DNA from: Chthonomonadales bacterium
GTDB lineage: Bacteria; Armatimonadota; Chthonomonadetes; Chthonomonadales; CAJBBX01
Assembly (NCBI GenBank): GCA_012517255.1
Contig: JAAYVH010000138.1
Coordinates: forward strand, 54 to 64,053
Length of the DNA: 64,000 nt
Reading direction: 5' to 3'
Position 1 is the stretch's first letter. Each line of letters starts with the position of its first letter. A program made the translations under genes and the position numbers. A model generated the notes under the pieces. That model had not been told where the DNA came from and made no database searches. It worked only from the letters and a program-made list of their open reading frames with translations. Shown one piece after another: positions 57,333 to 64,000 of the stretch.

Positions 57333-57748
57333 GTGCGTGACCGGTGGAAGTGGACCATCTTCCATTCGCCGGCGATCCGCGCAAAGACGCGCGTCTCGTT
57401 GAACGTCTCCCAGCGGGTACCCTCCTCGGCGTGGTAGGTCATCAGCCGCGTGTAGGTCACAACGGCGGCGTCGCCATAGACCTGCACGCGGGGCGTAAGG
57501 ATGTCCCAGCGCGCAGGCTGACCGTCCCGAGCGACGGCGGCGCGCTCGACCAGATGCAGATGGAAGTCCACGCCGTCAATGCGATAGGAGCACACATCCT
57601 CGTAGCAGGACAACTCGGGTGCACACAGCGAAGCATAGGTAGCGGCATCGCCTGTCGCGATGGCGCCGAGCAGCCGATCCGTCAGCCGGAGCAGCTCGCG
57701 CTGCACAGGATCGAAGCGGGCGTCATCAAGCATGGCGTCTTCGATCAT
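57329..57748 (-). CDS. NTF2-like (SnoaL/DUF4440/CaMKII-association-domain-like) protein
   Basis: MIEDAMLDDARFDPVQRELLRLTDRLLGAIATGDAATYASLCAPELSCYE...WKMVHFHRS. ATG at 57748. Confidence 0.65.
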   Translation of the reverse strand: MIEDAMLDDARFDPVQRELLRLTDRLLGAIATGDAATYASLCAPELSCYEDVCSYRIDGVDFHLHLVERAAVARDGQPARWDILTPRVQVYGDAAVVTYTRLMTYHAEEGTRWETFNETRVFARIAGEWKMVHFHRSRT

Positions 57749-57825
57749 AGGAGCCCTTTCTCGGAGAACGATGTGACCGTCCCGTCCGTAGCCATTGTCC
57801 CATCGGTGGGTATCGCATACAAGCC

Positions 57826-58977
57826 ATGACAGCGGCAATGTCCACTCGTGCTGCCGGCCTCCAGCCGTTTCTCGTCATGGAGGTTCTCGAGCGAGCCCAG
57901 GAGCTGGAACGACAGGGCCGCCCGATCATCCATCTGGAGGTGGGCGAGCCCGACTTCGCAACTCCTCGGGCGGTGTGCGAAGCCGCGCATGCTGCGCTGG
58001 ATGCCGGTCTCACGCACTATACCCACTCGATGGGGACCCTGCGACTGCGTGAGGCCATTGCTGCACGGTATGCGCGACTCCATGGCGTGGAGATCAGCCC
58101 TGACCGCGTGCTGGTCACGGGCGGCTCCTCACTGGCCATGTTGTACGCCTTCGGCGCCATGGTCGAGCCCGGCGACGAAGTGATCGCAGCGACGCCGCAT
58201 TACCCCTGCTACCCCAACTTCATACGGTTCTTTGGCGGCCGCATGGTCGAAGTCCCCAGCGATCCTCATGACGGCTACCGACTGGATCCTGACGCTGTCC
58301 GCTCCGCGATCACGCCTCGGACGCGGCTGATTCTGCTGAACTCGCCCTCCAATCCAACAGGAGCGGTGCTCGAGCCGGACCGCATGCGTGCGCTGTGCGA
58401 GTTGGGCCTGCCCATCGTGTCCGACGAGATCTACCACGGCCTGACATACGGCGAGCCCGCGACGACGGCGCTTCGGTTCCGGCCTGATGCGGTGGTGGTG
58501 GACGGTTTCTCGAAGCGGTACGCTATGACAGGATGGCGGCTGGGCTATCTGATCGCGCCTTCCTTCATGATGCGCACGTTCCAGACCATGCAACAGAATC
58601 TGTTCATCAGCCCGAACGCCTTCGTGCAGGAGGCTGCCATGGCGGCGCTCGAAGAAGGAGATGACGACACTGCCCGGATGCGCGAGACCTATGGACGGCG
58701 GCGCGACCTGATGGTGGGCCTGTTCCGCGAGCTGGGATTCGCCATACCCGCGATGCCTCAGGGTGCATTCTATGTGCTGGCGGACGCGTCACGCTACACG
58801 GACGACTCCCTGGCCTTTGCGTTTGAGCTGCTGGAGTGCGCCAACGTCGCCGTTGCGCCGGGCGTGGATTTCGGCGAGGCCGCGAGGCGCGCGATCCGAC
58901 TGTGTTACGCGGCATCAGACGACGCGATACGCGAAGCGGCCAACCGAGTCCGGGAGTATCTCGCCTGCAGAGGATGA
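57826..58977 (+). CDS. Class I/II pyridoxal-phosphate-dependent aminotransferase
   Basis: HLEVGEPDF, NSPSNPTG, and the PLP-lysine motif GFSKRYAMTGWRLGY. Confidence 0.9.
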   Translation: MTAAMSTRAAGLQPFLVMEVLERAQELERQGRPIIHLEVGEPDFATPRAVCEAAHAALDAGLTHYTHSMGTLRLREAIAARYARLHGVEISPDRVLVTGGSSLAMLYAFGAMVEPGDEVIAATPHYPCYPNFIRFFGGRMVEVPSDPHDGYRLDPDAVRSAITPRTRLILLNSPSNPTGAVLEPDRMRALCELGLPIVSDEIYHGLTYGEPATTALRFRPDAVVVDGFSKRYAMTGWRLGYLIAPSFMMRTFQTMQQNLFISPNAFVQEAAMAALEEGDDDTARMRETYGRRRDLMVGLFRELGFAIPAMPQGAFYVLADASRYTDDSLAFAFELLECANVAVAPGVDFGEAARRAIRLCYAASDDAIREAANRVREYLACRG

Positions 58978-59034
58978 AAAGCATCTGCGGCGCGAGACGA
59001 CCTCTGCCGCCACGCGGCCAGTAGAAAGACAGCA

Positions 59035-60831
59035 ATGAGAAGACCGTACGTACCCTTCCTGATCGTCTTCCTCGCGGCGTCAGCCGCGCCGAGCATCGCG
59101 GGTCTGGGCCCCGAGAACGTTCTCGTAGTGGCCAATCAGGCGGATCAAACGTCCGTGACCATAGCCCGTGAGTACGTGCGGCTGCGCAGGGTGCCTGAGT
59201 CGAACCTCGTGATGCTGGACAATGTCCCCTCGAGCCACACGATCTCGCTGGCGGACTTCCGTATGCGCATCCTGGGCCCGGTGCTAGCCGCGATCAAGAC
59301 GCGGAGGCTCGACCGACAGATCGCATGCGTGGCCTACTCGTCCGGCTTTCCCTACGCGGTGGATGTGCGAGCGGCCATGGCCGGCAAGTCGTTCCCACGC
59401 TACATCACGCAGCCCGCGTCTCTGACCGGTTTGACCTATCTCCATACGTTGCTCGATGCCGCGGAGCCGATCTACCTTGCCATGGACGCCAACTGGTACC
59501 ACCGGGGCATTCGCAGGCAGGCCCGCCCCGCGGCGTACTCGGCGTCGGACATGGAGCTGAAGGCAGAGCTCGACGGCATCGTCGCCCGCCTCCAACCCTC
59601 CGTGCATGCCGCCAATCGGCCGCCCGAGGTTCGGCGCGATCTCCAGCGCGCGCTGGAACTGGCGCGGCAGCTATCGGCACGGCGAGCCTCCGATCCCGCG
59701 CTGCTCTATGATCTGGCGTGTCTCTACGCGCTGAACGACATGCCCGACGATGCCATGCGGACGCTCAGCCTCGCCGTGCAGGCAGGATGGACGAACCGCG
59801 CACACACGGAGCGCGACCCGGATCTCGCTTCGCTGAGAGACCGCGCCGACTTCCGCCGACTCATCGAGCGCATGAGCGCTGCCACCTACAGCATTGAGCC
59901 TGCACGACCGTTTCGGGTCGGCGCGCGCTGGGCTGCCGACGGCACGCCGACAACGCATCCGTCGGGCCGGCGCTACATGCTCGCGTGTATGCTGGCCTAC
60001 GTGGGCGAGAAGGCGAACAGCGAAGAGGAGGCGCTGGCCTGCCTCCGGCGCAGCGCGATGGCCGACTATCGCCGTCCGCGTGGAACGATCTACTTCATGG
60101 CATCGTCGGATCAGGCGCGCACGGGTCCCCGCCAGTGGGCGTTTGAGCCGGCCAAAGCTGCGCTGGCCAGACTGGGGGTCCGTGCTGAAGTGATATCAGG
60201 AGTGCTGCCTTCCGATCGCAACGATGTGGCAGGCGCCGTGGTCGGCGCCGCGACCATTGACTGGGCTTCGAGCCGCAGTCGCATCGTACCGGGAGCCTTC
60301 TGCGATCACCTGACCAGTCTCGCAGGCGTGATGAGCGGAGGCGGACAGACGCTGCTCAGCGAATGGCTGCGCCACGGCGCGGCGGGTTCATCGGGCACCG
60401 TCACCGAACCCTACAACATCGCCGCCAAGTTCCCGTCGGCCTTTCTCCATGTCTTCTACGCATCAGGCTGCTCGCTAGCCGAGGCGTTCTATCAGTCGGT
60501 GGCGGGGCCGTATCAGCAACTGCTGGTCGGCGATCCTCTGTGCGCGCCCTGGGCTCGACCCATCAGCGTACGCGTCGCTGGCATCAAGCCGGGCGCGACG
60601 CTCAGCAGGCCCGTCCAGTTGCGGCCTTCGGCATCCGGCGCGCAGCCCGTTCATCGCTTCGAGCTCTACGTAGATGGGGTCCTGACCCAGGTGGCGCTGC
60701 CCGGCAAGCCCTTGCGGCTTAGCCCGGCCGCTCTACGTGCCGGAAGGCACGAGGCCCGCATCGTGGCGGTTGCCGGCGCCCTGGAGTGGCGCGGGAAGGT
60801 GGTCCTACCGTTCCGAACCGTCGGGCCGTAG
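59035..60831 (+). CDS. Secreted TIGR03790-like protein with inserted TPR-like segment
   Basis: Signal peptide MRRPYVPFLIVFLAASAAPSIAG. NVLVVANQADQTSVTIAREYVRLRRVPESNLVML resembles the TIGR03790 N-terminus. LLYDLACLYALNDMPDDAMRTLSLAVQAGWTN...RDPDLASLRDRADFRRLI is a TPR-end-type motif. Confidence 0.55.
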   Translation: MRRPYVPFLIVFLAASAAPSIAGLGPENVLVVANQADQTSVTIAREYVRLRRVPESNLVMLDNVPSSHTISLADFRMRILGPVLAAIKTRRLDRQIACVAYSSGFPYAVDVRAAMAGKSFPRYITQPASLTGLTYLHTLLDAAEPIYLAMDANWYHRGIRRQARPAAYSASDMELKAELDGIVARLQPSVHAANRPPEVRRDLQRALELARQLSARRASDPALLYDLACLYALNDMPDDAMRTLSLAVQAGWTNRAHTERDPDLASLRDRADFRRLIERMSAATYSIEPARPFRVGARWAADGTPTTHPSGRRYMLACMLAYVGEKANSEEEALACLRRSAMADYRRPRGTIYFMASSDQARTGPRQWAFEPAKAALARLGVRAEVISGVLPSDRNDVAGAVVGAATIDWASSRSRIVPGAFCDHLTSLAGVMSGGGQTLLSEWLRHGAAGSSGTVTEPYNIAAKFPSAFLHVFYASGCSLAEAFYQSVAGPYQQLLVGDPLCAPWARPISVRVAGIKPGATLSRPVQLRPSASGAQPVHRFELYVDGVLTQVALPGKPLRLSPAALRAGRHEARIVAVAGALEWRGKVVLPFRTVGP

Positions 60832-60840
60832 CGCCGCGCC

Positions 60841-62772
60841 TCACTTGCCGGCAGCCGCACCCCAATAGGTCTTCACATGGTGCCGAGCAAGTTCGGGCGC
60901 CAGAGTCCGCTCAGCATAGTCGCGGTACATGGGTATGGCGGACAGACCCTCTCTGAACTTCGCGACGAGCGCATCGAACTCAGCATCGTTCGTCGTCTGA
61001 GCGAGCTTCACGTAGTACGTCTGGGCCAGCGTGTGGCCCTTCAGCCATTCGAGGCTGCCCAGGAACCCCTGGGATCCGGCGATCCTGCCCGCGGCCTCCT
61101 CGACTCGCTTCAGCGCGACCTCTACCGCTGATCGGTTCTGCGCTGCGTACAGATCCTCCATGGCCGCTACGTACGCAACGAACGGTTCGCGCGACGACCC
61201 CTTGGCCAGAGTCATGGCCAGCCGATGCGCTGTGTCCTCGTACTTCGATCCGGGCTCAAACAGCGTATCGGCAAAGGCGAACACGCCGGGGAAGTTCGTC
61301 GCCGAATACTGGATGAAGAGCTGCGCTTCGTCGAGCCCACGTTCCCTTGCGCGGCCCATCTGCTCGCACAGATACCGGAGGCGGAACAGGGCAAACGGGT
61401 AGGTCTGCTCGCTGGCCATGCCCAGCGCGGTGTACATGAAGCCGCTTCGCTTGAACTCGCGGGAGTCCACGTTGCCGTTGTAGATGTTGGTCTCGTCGCC
61501 TTCGCAACTGTCAATGATGGTCAGCTCGCGTGGTCCGAACTTCGTGCGGCACCGCCGCAGAAAGTCCTTGACCATGGCATTCACCTCATCGGCGGTGTAC
61601 CCCCGACCCGGGTGCCCTATCCGTTCCTTGTCCCTGGCGAACGACCATGTGGGCCACAGCCCGGCCTGAAACTTCGCCCCAGGGCTGATGGACGGCGCGC
61701 GCTCTGCCACCGCCATGAGCTGATCGTAGATTCGCTCAGATTGATGCTCGGCGCACTCGGCGCAGAAGCATCCGCCGGGATCGTAGAACCACACCATGTA
61801 GCCGTTGACCGGACCGTAGTACTCCATCTCGAGCTGGGCCATCTTCATGGCAAGGTCGCGCGCATCTGGCTGACTCCAGCAGACCGAGAACGGCCCGTAG
61901 TAGCCCGTGGCGCGCATGCGGGGCTCCGGCAGCATGTCCACGTTCACATGCGACGGCGTCAGCATGTGATAGACCTCGAGTCCCCGCTGTCGGGCGCGGT
62001 CGAACACCTTGCGCATGGCTCGATGGATGAGGTGCCGATCGGCTTCGTATGCGGGTGCGTTGCCGGGGTAGAGGTAGTAGACCGACCATTGCCAGAAGCA
62101 GATTCGCGAGTAGCGCGCCTCGACGAGCCGATCCACGTAGTCCACGATCTCTTCGTCGCTGAAATGCTCGATGGACAGGCCTGGGTTGCGCAGGCTGCTG
62201 TTCATGATGTACAGCGTTCGATGCGCGACTGCCGGCGACTTCACGATGGGCTCGACGGGCATATCGAAACCCCAGACGCCCTTGCGAACGTCGAGCCGGC
62301 GCAGGAGCTCGCCCAGGGCATATCCGGTGCCGAGATGGCCGCGCGAGGTCCGTGCGTCGCCCAGCCCCGCGGCGAGTATCTGGGGCTTGCCGCGTCCTTT
62401 CAGCAGGGCCACCACATACGATTGGCGCGCGATGTCCTCGCCATCCCGTTCGGGCGGGACCGCGACCCCAAGCTTGCGCACCACATCGCCCACGGCGCTT
62501 CGGTTTCCGATGCGAATGAGCGAGCCGGCAGTCTTGCCGCCATACGCGATCGGGAGGGCAACACCGGAGATCCGATGCACCTCGCGCACGAAGCGAGCTG
62601 CCGCGATGGTCTCGGCCTCCACCGGCAGAGCGTCGCAGACCACGGTCAAGCCGGCCAGCGGCACGAACGCCGAGGACTCAGCGATGGAGACCGAAGGCAG
62701 AACGCAACGACCGGTCGGAAGCGCATCAGCCATGGCGACCGCCGCCCCCAGAGTCAGCAGTCCAATGATCAT
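60841..62772 (-). CDS. Hypothetical secreted protein (643 aa), possibly glycoside-hydrolase-like
   Basis: Signal peptide MIIGLLTLGAAVAMADA. GC3-rich long ORF. No family recognised with confidence. Weak similarity to the next gene. Confidence 0.6.
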   Translation of the reverse strand: MIIGLLTLGAAVAMADALPTGRCVLPSVSIAESSAFVPLAGLTVVCDALPVEAETIAAARFVREVHRISGVALPIAYGGKTAGSLIRIGNRSAVGDVVRKLGVAVPPERDGEDIARQSYVVALLKGRGKPQILAAGLGDARTSRGHLGTGYALGELLRRLDVRKGVWGFDMPVEPIVKSPAVAHRTLYIMNSSLRNPGLSIEHFSDEEIVDYVDRLVEARYSRICFWQWSVYYLYPGNAPAYEADRHLIHRAMRKVFDRARQRGLEVYHMLTPSHVNVDMLPEPRMRATGYYGPFSVCWSQPDARDLAMKMAQLEMEYYGPVNGYMVWFYDPGGCFCAECAEHQSERIYDQLMAVAERAPSISPGAKFQAGLWPTWSFARDKERIGHPGRGYTADEVNAMVKDFLRRCRTKFGPRELTIIDSCEGDETNIYNGNVDSREFKRSGFMYTALGMASEQTYPFALFRLRYLCEQMGRARERGLDEAQLFIQYSATNFPGVFAFADTLFEPGSKYEDTAHRLAMTLAKGSSREPFVAYVAAMEDLYAAQNRSAVEVALKRVEEAAGRIAGSQGFLGSLEWLKGHTLAQTYYVKLAQTTNDAEFDALVAKFREGLSAIPMYRDYAERTLAPELARHHVKTYWGAAAGK

Positions 62773-62943
62773 GCTCGGGCCCTCCCATCTGCCACATGCT
62801 GCCTACCGTTCCTCGCCGCCACCCGATCGCGAACGGCGATCTTCGCAGCGACGGCCAATCCCGAACCAGAGGCGCCGACGACCATTCATGATCGGGCGCC
62901 ATGCGTCGGCTTTGGAGGATCGCGAATCACCCATGCCGCGCGC

Positions 62944-64000
62944 CTAGCCGGCGTCCCGCGCCGCCGTGCGCAACGCAGCCAGGAGCCTTGGCGTGAAGCT
63001 TTCGGCTTCTCGGAGGCATTTCGCCACGTAGTCGTACGCCGTCGTCTCGAACCGCTCGGGCGCCTGCCACGGGTTCATCTGCGTGTCAAGGACCGCATTG
63101 ACATCCGGTGAGCCGATGCGCCGCAGGGTCGCGTCCAGATCGGGCCACCACCACGAGTTCTCATATCCGTGCTGGGCTTGCCACGCAGCCGCCGTTTCGG
63201 CAAATCTCGCCACCCGCTCGCGCGTCGGGGCTAGATCGGGGTTCTTGAGGTCGCAGTACGCCGCGCGCATATCGAGCTGCATCGCGAGGTCCGACAGAAA
63301 GCGCCGGGGATCGCCGAAGAGAAGGCCCTTGAGCGGCCCGGTTGGCAGCTCGCCTGAGACGGCATGACGAACGTCGGCCGCTGCCGAGCGCATTCGTGCG
63401 GAGTCGTCGCCGCTCAAAGCCGCCCAGCCCTCGACGATGAGCTTGCCCCGTCCGGGCAGAAGCTGATCGGCGAACGCTACATAGTCTTCCTCAGCGACCG
63501 GCCGGCCCTGAGCTCCGCGAGCGAACGCGAACGTGTTGGGGAGCTGGACGCAATGGGTCTGTGCGTTGCCCATGACCCCTCGCGGTCCTGGCGCCGCTCC
63601 ACCCTCATAGGCGCTGTCGCCGCCGAAGTTGGTCAACGGGAACGACGGCTCCCCTTCAATGCGGCCGTAGTTGTAGCTGATCACGCGGTCCGCGATCCCC
63701 AGCTTCTCTGCCAGCGGCAGTCCATTGGCCAGGCCCCATGGCGCCGGATCGGCCTCGATGAGCCTCGACAGACAGTCGAGGTTCTCCTCGTCGGTCGAGA
63801 ATGTCAGCATGCCCGTCTCATAGAACCGGTTGTAGCCCAGCCATCCGGCATGCATCCAGTAGACGATCTCGATGCCGGGTCGCAGGCTGTCGAACATGCG
63901 GCGATGCGCGACGAGAAGGTCCACGAACTCCTGGTTCGTTGAGCCGACGTATCCGCCGGGGTCGCTGTCTATGATGCAGACGCCGTCGGCGGCTGACAGA
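62944..64000 (-). CDS. Hypothetical protein; 5' end runs off the right window edge
   Basis: The track lists 62944-63924 from an internal Met, but the frame stays open to position 64000 (SAADGVCIIDSDPGGYVGSTNQEFVDLLVAHRRMFD...). Confidence 0.6.
   Translation of the reverse strand, partial: LSAADGVCIIDSDPGGYVGSTNQEFVDLLVAHRRMFDSLRPGIEIVYWMHAGWLGYNRFYETGMLTFSTDEENLDCLSRLIEADPAPWGLANGLPLAEKLGIADRVISYNYGRIEGEPSFPLTNFGGDSAYEGGAAPGPRGVMGNAQTHCVQLPNTFAFARGAQGRPVAEEDYVAFADQLLPGRGKLIVEGWAALSGDDSARMRSAAADVRHAVSGELPTGPLKGLLFGDPRRFLSDLAMQLDMRAAYCDLKNPDLAPTRERVARFAETAAAWQAQHGYENSWWWPDLDATLRRIGSPDVNAVLDTQMNPWQAPERFETTAYDYVAKCLREAESFTPRLLAALRTAARDAG

Overview
GC-rich bacterial chromosomal window, roughly two-thirds G+C by eye, with strong GC3 bias and GGAGG-type ribosome binding sites. 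The gene content (DUF1080, sulfatase, SBBP repeat protein, TIGR03790-like, Gfo/Idh/MocA, TAT-signal TIM-barrel isomerase) fits a PVC- or Armatimonadota-like glycan degrader; that placement is inference only. I call about 50 protein-coding genes. I saw no rRNA, tRNA, CRISPR array, transposase, integrase or phage gene.

Main blocks:
- 1-16.5 kb: secreted hydrolases and peptidases, an orphan response regulator, and transporters.
- 16.6-18.5 kb: a convergent type II restriction-modification pair, a NotI-fold nuclease with a Dam-like m6A methyltransferase.
- 18.8-25.6 kb: housekeeping genes (cysK, DUF47-PiT phosphate uptake, oxidoreductases).
- 25.6-37.3 kb: a Wzx/Wzy-type polysaccharide cluster containing the fnlA/fnlB/fnlC UDP-L-FucNAc pathway and a WbuB-like transferase.
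- 37.8-51.8 kb: a DPP-IV peptidase, an SSS transporter, and a sulfatase, tandem beta-helix hydrolase, CBM9-like protein and 1000-aa hydrolase-like protein.
- 51.8-55.5 kb: exoD and a dtxR-feoA-feoB-small Cys-rich gene operon.
- 55.6-64 kb: sugar-modifying enzymes and unknown secreted proteins.

Most notable observations:
1. A structured composite intergenic repeat of about 300 nt, present twice (8749-9062 and 37380-37664), plus a 31-nt partial copy.
2. A GC-rich palindromic mini-element of about 40 nt embedded in frame in two adjacent polysaccharide genes.
3. feoB carries an in-frame TGA at codon 27, where homologues have Gly.
4. A NotI-fold endonuclease is paired with an adenine methyltransferase, so its site cannot be GCGGCCGC.
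5. A coding-like small ORF is ATGA-coupled to the stop of the beta-helix hydrolase gene.

Beyond the R-M pair I did not recognise a clear new multi-gene system such as a defence system. The items above are the best candidates for follow-up. Two edge-truncated genes are absent from the supplied ORF track: <1-2420 and 62944->64000, both on the minus strand. Many long ORFs in the track are antisense shadows typical of high-GC DNA.
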